64,000 nucleotides of DNA. It comes from Candidatus Falkowbacteria bacterium. GTDB taxonomy: Bacteria; Patescibacteriota; Patescibacteriia; Patescibacteriales; UBA12465. Shown here in pieces: positions 42,601 through 54,600 of the stretch. A model generated the notes under the pieces. It made no database searches and was not told the origin of the DNA. It was given only the letters and a program-made list of their open reading frames with translations. The DNA is taken from positions 389,062-453,061 of the forward strand of contig CP066698.1 in the NCBI GenBank assembly GCA_016432645.1, in the 5' to 3' direction. Every line of letters begins with the position of its first letter. The first letter of the stretch is position 1. Position numbers and translations under genes: made by a program.

Positions 42601-45600
42601 ATAACAGCTTCCCCATTTCCTCTGGTGGCAACTATATTAGTGGGGGCATCAGGAACACTGGCTGGAATAATGGAATTACTAATAGTAGAAATCGTACTGG
42701 TTCCAATCGCATTTGTAGCAGTAACCGTAAAAGTATAAGTTGTGCCATTTGTTAAACCAGTGATAGTAATTGGAGAGGAGCCGCCACTCGCAGTCTGGCC
42801 GCCACTAGAAGTGACTGTGTAACTAGTGATGGAGGAACCACCGTTATTAACTGGGGGCGTAAAGGTTATAGTTGCTTCGCCATTTCTTGGAGCGGCAGTA
42901 ATACTTGTGGGTGCATCTGGAGTGGTAGCAGGAATAACAGAATTACTAGTTCCTGATGATAAACTTGTCCCGATAGCGTTAGCCGCCGTGACTGTAAAAG
43001 TATAAGTTGTGCCATTTGTTAAACCAGTGATAGTAATTGGTGAAGAACCGCCGCTTGCAGTCTGGCCGCCGCTGGAAGTAACAGTGTAATTAGTAATTGT
43101 TGAGCCGCCGTTGTTAACCGGGGGCGTAAAAGTAATTGTCGCTTCCCCATTTCCTCTTGTGGCAACTATATTAGTGGGGGCATCAGGAACACTGGCCGGA
43201 GTTATTTCATTAGAAGTAATTGAAGAAGTGCTTGTGCCAATCGCATTTGTCGCCGTAACTGTAAAAGTATAGGTTGTTCCATTTGTTAGACCAGTAATGG
43301 TAATTGGTGAGCTTGCGCCACTCGCAGTTTGGCCGCCGCTGGAAGTAACAGTATAACTAATAACTGCTGAACCGCCGTTGTTAACTGGGGGTGTAAAGGT
43401 TATAGTTGCCTCTCCATCATTTCTAACAGCAACTATATTTGTCGGAGCGTCCGGAACTGTGGCCGGAGTAATTGAATTGCTAGTGGCCGATGGTGTGCTC
43501 GTGCCGATGGCATTGGTCGCCGTGACCGTGAAAGTGTAAGTTACGCCGTTGGTTAAACCGGTGATAGTAATCGGAGAAGAGCCGCCGCTCGCAGTTTGAC
43601 CACCGCTAGAAGTAACTGTGTAACTAATAACTGCTGAACCGCCGTTATTAACTGGGGGCGTAAAAGTAATTGTCGCTTCGCCATTGCCTCTTAAGGCTGT
43701 AACATCGGTTGGTGAATCTGGAACTGTCGCCGGAGTAATTGAATTGCTAGTAGCTGATGGCGTGCTCGTGCCGATGGCATTGGTCGCCGTGACTGTGAAA
43801 GTGTAAGTTACGCCATTTGTTAAACCAGTGATAGTAATCGGAGAGGAGCCGCCACTCGCAGTTTGGCCGCCGCTGGAAGTGACTGTGTAACTGATAACTG
43901 CGGAGCCACCATTATTAACTGGCGGAGTAAAAGTTATGGTAGCTTCACCATTGCCTCTGGCCGCCACTACATTGGTTGGCGCATCTGGAGTAGTAGCGGG
44001 AGTAATAGAATTACTAGCTGCTGACGGAGCGCTATTTCCAACTGCATTATTAGCGGTAACCGTAAAAGTATAAGCTGTTCCGTTATTTAGACCAGTAATT
44101 ATAATTGGTGAAGAACCGCTAGTAGCAGTATGCCCGCCGCTAGAAGTGACTGTGTAACTGATAACTGCGGAGCCGCCATTATTAACTGGAGCGGTAAAAG
44201 TAATTGTCGCTTCACCATTTCCTCGTACCGCCGTAACATCGGTTGGCGAATTAGGAACACTCGCCGGGGTAACTGAATTACTGGTTCCCGATGCCGTACT
44301 TGTTCCCGTGCTGTTAGTGGCGGTAACCGTAAAAGTGTAAGTTGTACCATTTATTAAGCCGGTAATGGTAATCGGTGAGGCACCACCAGTCGCAGTCTGA
44401 CCGCCACTTGAGGTCACGGTATAAATAGTAATTTCTGAACCGCCATTATTAACTGGCGGAGTAAAAGTAATAGTTGCTTCCCCGTTACCACGAACAGCCA
44501 CAACATTAGTTGGTGCATCGGGAGCAACTTGATAATTAAAAATTGGATAAGTCTCATCCTCGGTAATTTTCCAAACTAGAGAAGAAAAGTCCCAACCAGT
44601 GAAGGTGGCTTGTTGTTCCATTTGACTAGTTGTTTTACCGGTCATTCCCGCCGGATCAGTTCCATTGCCAACACCGTCTCCAGCCGCAATCCCGGAAGTA
44701 TTAGTATCCCAATATGTAGAGACATAAGTTCCGCCGGTTGTATTAACAACACCGCCTACGTATTGTACGGCTGCGCTACCAGTTGCCCCGGTGCCACCAT
44801 TTGTACCACCAGTACCGCCTACTCCAGCAACACCACCAGCGCCACCAGTAGCACCAGCGGTTTTAGTCCCGGACGGAACTCCGGTTGAATAAGCATTAGT
44901 AATGGTGGCGCTATTACTAGATAAAAGACCGCCGATATAAACACTTCCGCCAGCGCCGCCAGCGCCGCCGTTAACACCATTGCCATTAACGCCCGGGTTC
45001 CCTCCTCCGGCCGCACCGCCATTACCACCATTTCCGCCTTGCCCACCATTACCAGGATTTCCGGCCACAGCCGTAATATTTCCTTTTGAATAAGCATTAA
45101 TAATTGCTCCTGTATTTTGTCCAACTAAACCGCCACCATATGTATGTCCGCCCACTCCGCCATTTCCGCCTAATGCACCATTGGTACCATTACCACCATT
45201 AACTGCCCCCGAGCCGCCGACGCCGCCATTTCCGCCTTTACCGCCAATTGCTCCACTCGCACCATTTCCGCCAGTCATAGTTACATTACCCGAAGAATAA
45301 CTAGTATTAAAACTGCCTGATGTTAAATTAGAGCCAATAAATCCACCAGCATAACTTACTCCGCCTGCGCCACCAGCGCCACCGGCTACAGCCGCACCAC
45401 CAAGACCACCGGCTAAAGTTCCACCATTACCGCCAGTTCCCGCTGAACCAGCTAAACCAGCCGCACCACCATTACCACCAGTGGTAGTAACATTGCCCGA
45501 TGACCAAGAATACTGAATTAAACCAGCCGTATTATTTTGTCCAGCAAAACCACCGGCATATAAAACGCCACCAGCACCACCGGCTGCTGTTGCTCCTTCG

Positions 45601-48600
45601 GCACCACCAACTCCACCAGCACCACTGGCGCCACCATTTCCGCCAGCACCACCAATGCCACCGGCACCGCCAACTCCGCCAGTGCCACCAAATATTGCGA
45701 CATCGCCTAAAGAATAATTTGTATAAATAGTGCCTAAATTATAGCCAGCAAATCCGCCGCCATAAATAGTACTACCTGTTGCTCCCACCGTTCTAGCGCC
45801 AGCAGCCCCTCCAGTTCCACCAATTCCAGTTGTCGTTCCGTCACCTCCAACACCACCATTTCCGCCCATTCCGCCAGTGCCGCCAGTACCACCATTTAAA
45901 GTAACGTTACCACTAGCCGATGAATCTTTAATATTCCTAGTTGTATTATTATAACCAGTAAAACCACCTCCATAAACAGCTCCCCCTGCTCCAGCCGCGC
46001 CAGCGCCTCCGCCTACTCCACCATTAGCGCCATTAGTAATACCCACAAAACCGTTAGCTCCATTACCGCCGGTACCGCCGGTACCGCCGGTACCAGCAGT
46101 TCCAATTACGTTACTAGTTGAATATGAAAAAAATAAAACTGTCCCATCATTATAACCAATAAGTCCACCAATATATAAAGCTCCAGAAGCCCCGGCTGCG
46201 CCACCAAGCGCACCAGCGCCGCCGGCACCGACACTGCCCGGCAAACCGCCATTCCCGCCAACACCGCCGTTACCGCCATTGCCGCTAGTACCAGTAACTG
46301 AAGTTCCATTAGAATAACTAGTCATGACTGTGTTTAGGGCATTAAGATTATTACCAATTAATCCGCCAATATAAACAGCTCCCCCTGCCCCTCCAGCACC
46401 ACCAGCACCACCGGTTCCACCAATATGATTACCGACGCCAAGAGAACCGTCACCACCGGCTCCGCCAGTATTACCATTGGCTCCATTCCCAGATAAAGCG
46501 TTAACATTACCAGAAGAATAGGCGTTTAAAACAACACCAATTGTAGAATTATTAGCGGCTAAGCCACCAGCATAACTGGCTCCACCAGCCGCCCCGGCTC
46601 CCCCAGCGCCGCCAGTCGCCGCCGTAGAACCAGAGATATTACTACTAGCACCGCCATTACCGCCTACTCCTGGAGTACCGGTTGAGCCGCCAGTCGAACT
46701 AACATTTCCAGTCGCATAAGATACACCGCCAATAATGCCAGTATTTGATCCGATTAATCCGCCAGCATAGCTAGCGCCGCCAATGCCGGTTGCACCACCA
46801 GCACCACCGGCACCACCAACAGCGCCAGCGCCACCATCTGCGCCGTTAACTCCCGTTGCTCCATTGCCACTAACTCCACCAATAGCATTTACTGCTTCAT
46901 TAGAATAACTGGTGGTAATAAAAATACTGCCTGATGATTGTCCAACCAAACCGCCGGCATAAGCAGCGCCGCCAGCGCCGCCATTTCCACCAGCACCAAC
47001 CGCTGCTCCGGCCGCACCTGATCCGCTAGTTCCCTGGTTACCTGCACTTCTACCAATACCGCCGACTCCTCCAGTAGCAGTTACTGTCCCGCCAGTAGAA
47101 TACGAAGTTAGATATCGGCTTCCTCCAGTAGTTACACTACCAAAGCCTAATAGACCACCGGCGTCAGCTTCGCCACCAGCACCACCAATTCCGCCAGCAC
47201 CACCAGCGCCGCCGATAGTATTTGTGGCGCCATTAGCGCCATTTCCACCAATATTTCCAGTACTGCCAACTCCGCCGACACTGCTAGTATCTCCGGTGGC
47301 ATATGAATTAATAATATCGCTAAGACCAGTAGTAATTGCATTATAGCCAATTAATCCCCCGGCATAAGCAGCACCGCCGGCAACAGCCGCCACTGCGCCC
47401 CCGCCGGCGCCGCCGGCAACAGTCGTTCTTGAAGCTCCGCCATTACCAGATGTTCCAGCAATCCCAGAATTTCCTCCAGTTGCTAAAACATCACCAGTCG
47501 CAGAAGTATTTAAAAAATTATTTGTTCCCGTTGTAAAACTACTATAACCAACTAAACCACCGACATAAGCGGCGCCACCAGCACCAGCGGCACCACCTAG
47601 AGCTCCAGCTGATCCGGCATGAGTTGCTAGCCCGGTTGAACCATCGCCGCCGTTACCGCCAAGTCCGCCGTTACCGCCCAGTCCGCCAGTACCGCTTACA
47701 TTTCCCGAAGCGCTTGATTCACCAATTCTAGCCTGATTAGTTCCAGTCATACGACCAACTAGGCCGCCAGCATAAATAGCACCACCAGCACCGCCAGCCG
47801 CTCCGGCACCGCCAGCCGCCGCCGTTAAAGTTGCCATTGTCGCTCCGGATGTCCCGCCGGTTCCACCGACACCGCCGTTACCGCCAGTTCCCGCGGTAAC
47901 TAAAATATTAACTGAAGAATAAGATGAGCCTTTAATAACACCGACATTATCACCAACTAAACCGCCGAAGGCTCTAATGCTTCCGGCTCCACCTACCCCA
48001 CCAATAGTTCCTGCACCGCCAATAAAAGTTCCTACACCTGTTCCCCCATTACCGCCAGCGCCTCCATTACCACCAGCAATTTCGGAACCAGAAATAGTAA
48101 TAGAATCTGAATAAGAAGAAGTAACAACGCCAGTTGCTGAAACGGCTCCCAATAAACCGCCAACGTAAGATCCACCACCAGCACCACCAACTCCACCAGC
48201 ACCACCGGCGCCACCGACTCCACCACCAACTAAACCGGAACCTCCATGACCAGCGTTAGCGCCATTGCCAGGAGTTCCTCCATTAACAACAATATTCCCT
48301 TTCCCAGAAACCGCATCATAACTAGCATAGGAAGAAACAACATCAGAAGTAGTATAACCAGCTAAACCACCGGCATAAATAATACCGGAAGCGCCACCGG
48401 CACCACCGTTAGAACCCGCGGCCCCACGATTAACTGCTCCATCTTGACCGGCCGAACCATCTTGACCAGCGCCGCCAGTAATATTTAAAGATGTTTTAGA
48501 ATATGAATTTGTAGTAATAATCCCCGTAGTATAACCAACTAAACCGCCAACATATACACCTCCACCGGCACCGCCAGCACCGCCAGCGCCAGCAATCCCA

Positions 48601-51600
48601 GATAAGGCCGTACCAGTTCCAACTCCACCCAAACCACCCAAAGCCGAAGTCCCGCCAGCACCGCCAGTTGCCGTCACAATCCCAGTTTCAGCATAAGAAG
48701 TAGTAATTGTTCCTAAAGCATTTTGGCCAACCAAACCGCCGACTTGAACAGCTGCCGCGGCTGCACCACCACCAGCGCCGCCATTGCCGCCAGCGCCGCC
48801 AATTGCCCCAAGATGATTTGTTCCCGCGGAACCGTCGCCACTATTACCACCTATTCCGCCATTACCGCCATTACCGCCAACTGCCGTGACGTCTGATTTC
48901 GCATAAGAATTATTAACAATTGCTAAAGCAGTATTATTTAAACCAATTAAACCACCGACGTTTGTCGCTCCACTTACACCGCCGTTTGCCCCTAAGCCGC
49001 CAGCAGCAGAAGTAGAGCCAGTAATATTGCCGGATGCTCCAGCATTTCCACCATTGCCACCATTGCCAGCCTTACCGCCATTAGCAAAAACCAAACCGGT
49101 TATATGATAACTAGTTTGTACTGTACCGCTATTTTGTCCGATAAGTCCGCCGGTATTGCTAGCACCACCGGCAGCTCCGACAATTCCAGCACCGCCAATA
49201 CCACCAATAGCCCCAGAACCGCCAGCGCCACCATTGCCACCGTTACCACTATTTCCGCCAGCCCCCGCCGTACCGCTAACAGCCCCAGTTGAATAAGAAA
49301 TAATAATTTCTCCAGAAGTTACTAGACCAATCAAGCCGCCAGCATAAACAGTCCCACCCACGCCTCCAGCGCCACCATTTCCGCCGGCACCGCCAACCGC
49401 CGCATTACCGGTTCCCCCGTTTCCACCATTTCCAGCAACGCCGCCATAACCAGCAGTTAAAGTTACATTTCCGGTTGCATAATTACTATCAACATAAACC
49501 GTAGTATTAGTAAAACCAATTAAACCGCCGCCATATACTAAGCCGCCAGCACCGCCAGCACCACCAACACCGCCAGCACCGCCGGTCATAGATGTGGTAC
49601 CATTGCCACCAATTCCGCCATTACCGCCATTACCTCCTAATTGTCCAACAGCAAATACTGTTCCAGTCGCATATGAATCAATAACTGAAACTCCAGTACC
49701 AACAATATCACCGATCAATCCGCCAACATTTATCGAGTTAGCCTGAGCTGAGCTTCCGGCGCCGCCGGCGCCGCCATTACCAGCCGCAGCACCGACTCCG
49801 CCATCAGCCGCATTACCGCCAGATCCAGCCGTCCCACCAGTAACATTAACATTATTAGTAGAATATATTCTGTCAAATAAAACATCATTCAAAGAATTAT
49901 GGCCAATTGCTCCACCGGCAAAAATTGCCCCCGTCGTTCCACCAGTACCGCCAGTACCGCCAACACCATTTCTACCTCCAGTTCCCTTAGTTCCGCCTTC
50001 GCCAGCATTACCGCCGACGCCGCCGCCGCTTCCAGGAGTAACAGTAATTGTTCCCCCGATACTGCTGGAAAGAGAAATATTGCCATTACCTTGTCCGGCT
50101 AAACCGCCAATAAAAACGCTACCGCTAGAACCGCCAGCCCCACCGGTACCGCCAACGCCACCATTATGACCACCTGTTCCTAAAATTCCATTTCCACCAT
50201 TACCGCCAATACCGCCGCTTCCACCAGCTTTATTGCTAGCCGATAAGCTTCCAATTACCACTGAATTAACAATAACTCCCGCATTGTCACCGACTAAACC
50301 ACCAATATAAATTGCTCCGCCGGCACCGCCAATACCGCCATTTCCCGCTGTCGCTCCTGTACTTCCAGAAATATTGCCAGAAGCTCCGGCGTTACCACCA
50401 ACTCCACCATTACCAGCCGCACCACCATTTACCGTAATATCGGTGATGGTATATGTAATATCTTGAATAATGCCTAAATTATAAGCAGCAATTCCACCGC
50501 CAACCGCCAAACCGCCAGCTGCACCAGAACCACCAGTACCACCAGTACCACCAATCGCGCCAGCAGAACTGCCGCCATTTCCGCCATTTCCGCCAACGCC
50601 ACCAATTCCACCGACACCTCCAGTAGCAGTAATCGTGCCAGTATTATTTGGGGTACTAAGGGTTGTGCCTAATACGCCATTCCAGCCAACAACGCCACCA
50701 GAATAAGCAGCCCCTCCAACTCCACCATTTCCACCAGCTACGCCAGCTACGCCAGCAATACCAGGACCGCTAGCACCACCATTTCCGGCATTAGCACCAA
50801 CGCCGCCGATACCTCCAGTTGAAGAGGCATTACCAGTTGCATATGAGTGGGCGCCAATAATCGCAATATTATAACCAACTAAACTTCCGGCTACGGCCAT
50901 ACCCCCCACGCCGCCGTAACCGCCGGGGATGCCTGCCCCACCAGCAACCGCCCCAGTTGAACTACCGCCATTAGCACCAGCCGTACCATTAGCACCGGCG
51001 CCACCAATAGCGGTAGCATTTCCGGTCGCATATGAAGTATTTCTAATAACGCCATTAGTATTATTATAACCAACTAAGCCGCCGGCATAGGCCGCTCCTC
51101 CGATACGTAATAAAACACTGGCTGTAGCATTAGAACCGCTAGCGCCTCCGGTTGCACCAGTCGAACCGCTGCCGCCATCAGCACCCATGCCAACCATTCC
51201 GCCCGCTCCTCCGGTTGCTAAAACATTTCCCGTCGCATGCGAAGCATCAATAATACCATTATTAAGTCCCGCTAAACCGCCGCCATAGGCAATAGCACCG
51301 GCGCCGCCACCAGCACCGCCGGCACCGCCAACTGCTCTTGTTCCAGCTGCACCACCAGCACCGCCGGCACCAGAATTTCCCCCAATAACGACAACATCAA
51401 TATTGGCATTAGAATTGTCTTGAATTATACCAGCTAAATTATTCCCCACTAAGCCTCCAGCATGGCCGATGGCTCCCGCGCCACCAGAGCCACCGGAACC
51501 GCCAGTACCGCCAGTAGCTCCTGTTCCGCCGGCGCCGCCGGCGCCGCCGATAATTCCGTCGCCACCATTGCTGCCGGTAACAGTTACGGAGCCAAATTGA

Positions 51601-54600
51601 ATATCAGAATTAGTAATTGTTGAAGTATTAAGACCAGCAATTCCTCCTCCGTAAGCAACGGCTCCGGCTCCACCAGTACCGCCAGTCGCACCGGCGGCTC
51701 CAAGATGATTAACTCCACCGGCTGCTCCGTTGCCAGCTAACCCAGCCACACCGCCATTTTTCCCCGCTGAAGCGGTAGCGATAACGGTACTAGAAGCATA
51801 GGAATTAAAAATTGTATTAGTATTATTCCCTACCAAACCACCAGCATAAGCAATCGCGCCGGCGCCTCCAGTTCCACCATTGCCACCAGCGGCTGCTGTT
51901 CCTGTATTTACTGTTGCTGTAGTTGCCCCGCCATTACCACCAGCGCCAGCATTACCAGGGGTTCCTCCTAAAGCAGTAACATTTCCGCTAGCATACAAAG
52001 CTGTCGGCGAAGTAATAACGCCGGAACTATATCCAGTTAAACCGCCGGCGGTTGCTACGCCACCAGCGCCTCCATTACCACCGTTTGCTCCCGCGCCACC
52101 GATGGCATTTGTTCCGCCATTACCACCATTACCGCCCAAACCACCATCACCGCCAGTGCCGCCAGTCACAACAACATTTCCAGTAGCATAACTAGTAACG
52201 ATTGGACCAAGCGCATAATAACCGATTAAACCGCCACCAAAAGAAGCGCCTCCAGCACCGCCAGTAGAACCGGCTGCGCCAGCACCGCCAACCGTACTGG
52301 CCGCTCCATTACCGCCATTTGCGCCCGCGCCACCGGCACCGCCAGCGCCAGCATTAGCAACAACGTTTCCGTTAGCGTATGAAGTCACTATTTGTCCATT
52401 TAAATTATAACCTATTAAACCACCAACATAAGAAATTCCACCAGCTGCGCCAGCACTACCAATTACCCCAGCTAAACTAGTCCCACCATCACCGCCATTT
52501 GCACCGGCGCCACCCGCTCCTGAAGTTCCAGAAACATTACCAGATGAATAGTCGCTAGTAATTGTAGTTCCGGCATTATAACCAATTCCGCCACCGGCAT
52601 AAATAATCGCGCCAACAGCAGCTGTTCCGGCCGCGCCAGCTAAACCGCCGGTCCAATTCCCGCCGGTACCACCAGCTCCAGCGGCGCCACCAGCTCCAGC
52701 AGTTCCAGAAACGGTGCCGGTTGTATAATAACTACTATTAATTTGATAAGTATTATTTCCAGCAATCCCTCCAATATACAAAACTCCACCCGCACCGCCG
52801 CTTCCGCCAGCAGAACCAGCCAAACCAGTTAGACCCGCTACGCCAGTTGCACCGGCGCCACCGGCGCCACCGGTACCAGAAACTGAATTCTCTGAATACG
52901 ACAATTGAATTCCTCCAATATTACTACCGACTAAACCGCCTCCATAAGCTGAAACTGAATTAGCTGAACCGCCGGTTCCCGATAAACCGCCAGCTCCGCT
53001 TGCTCCAGAAGATCCCTTAACTCCACCTGAGCCGCCACTAGCTCCCGCTCCTCCAGTTCCGCCAATAACCGTTACCAATCCAGTAGTAGAATAGGAAGAA
53101 ACTATAAAACCAGAATTAAGCCCGGCCAAGCCACCAGCATAAGCACCGCCGCCAGCACCGCCAGCACCGCCAGCACCGCCAGCACCGCCCGTATGAGCCG
53201 TACCAGAAGCAGCACTACCGCCAGTGCCGCCAGCTTTTCCGGCTTGTCCAACTGAACCGGTAGCGGTTACTGCCCCAGTTGCATAGTTGGCGCCTGTTTC
53301 TCCAGTAATGACACCATCTGTATTATTTTGTCCAACTAAACCACCGGCATAAGCAACTGCCCCTGCGCCGCCAGCACCACCAGCACCACCGGTCGCTGCG
53401 GTTCCAGTTGTTGCCACGGCGCTAGCACCAGCAGCTGCGCCGACAGAACCGTTACCAGAAGTACCGCCAAAAGACTGTACAACACCAGTTGCATATGAAA
53501 CATTTTTTATAACCCCTAAATTATTTCCAATTAAACCGCCGGCATAACTTACACCACCAGCCGCGCCAGCACCGCCAGCACCGCCAGCACCGCCAATAGC
53601 CGCCCCACCGCCAGCACCGCCGGTCCCGGCATCTCCAGCCGAACCGCCGGTCCCGCCAGTTGCTGTTACATTACCAGTTGCGGATGAAGCAGAAATAATG
53701 CCGGAGTTAACCCAACCGACCAAACCGCCAACGTAAGCAACGCCGCCGGCGCCAGGAGCACCAACACCGCCGCCGGCGCCGCCAATTCCTGTTCCTAAAT
53801 TTGTTCCACCATTACCACCGCTTCCACTATTACCACCTGTGCCGCCAATACCAACGACGGTCGCCGAACTACCAACAGTATTAATTCCTCCTTGTTGAGA
53901 ATAACCGACTAAACCGCCAACATAGACAGTGCCTCCAATAGCAGCCGCATTAGAAACCGTGGTTCCGCCCGCGCCAGCAACTGTTGCCCCGCTAGTTGTA
54001 TTTCCGCCTAAACCGCCATTACCGGCATTACCGCCATTACCTCCGGTTCCCGTAACATTTCCCGAAATTGTAGTGTTAATAATCGCCCCAATGTTATATC
54101 CAACCAAACCGCCAATATACAAAGTGCTGCCAACTGTCCCCGCAGTACCAGTCCCACCATTTGTTGGTGTGGTCCCGGAAACGCCATCGGTTCCATTAGT
54201 ACCGGCAGTGCCCGGAGTACTAATGGCCGTAATAGAAACGTTGGCCAGGTTAACATTTTGAATTTGGCTGATAGAGTAACCAAAAAGACCAACATAATTT
54301 ATCGAAGTTGAATTAATATACAAGTTACTGATTGTATGATTATCACCATTAAAATCTCCACTGAAACTAGTAGTATTAGTTCCGACCGGGATAAAGCCTG
54401 TGCCAGCATTCCAATTAACTGTCGTCGCAGCATCAATATCACCATTTAGTTTATAGGAATTAGTTAACCCTGTTTTCATGCCTTGCAAGCCATAAACATC
54501 AAAAATCAAATAAGGGTCATCACTAATTCCCATTCCGGTATAACGCTTAAACAACCCGGCTGTCACCGAAAAACTTCCAGTAACCGAAAAAACATTTACC

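Noticed and set aside
37270..44526. CRISPR-like or DGR-like periodic repeats
   Set aside because: The period is 267-270 bp, in frame within FN3 domains; no spacers, cas genes or reverse transcriptase, and no adenine-specific variation evident
44780..54240. Mycobacterial PE-PGRS gene or contamination
   Set aside because: No PE domain; AT-rich third codon positions; continuous with CPR-style flanking domains
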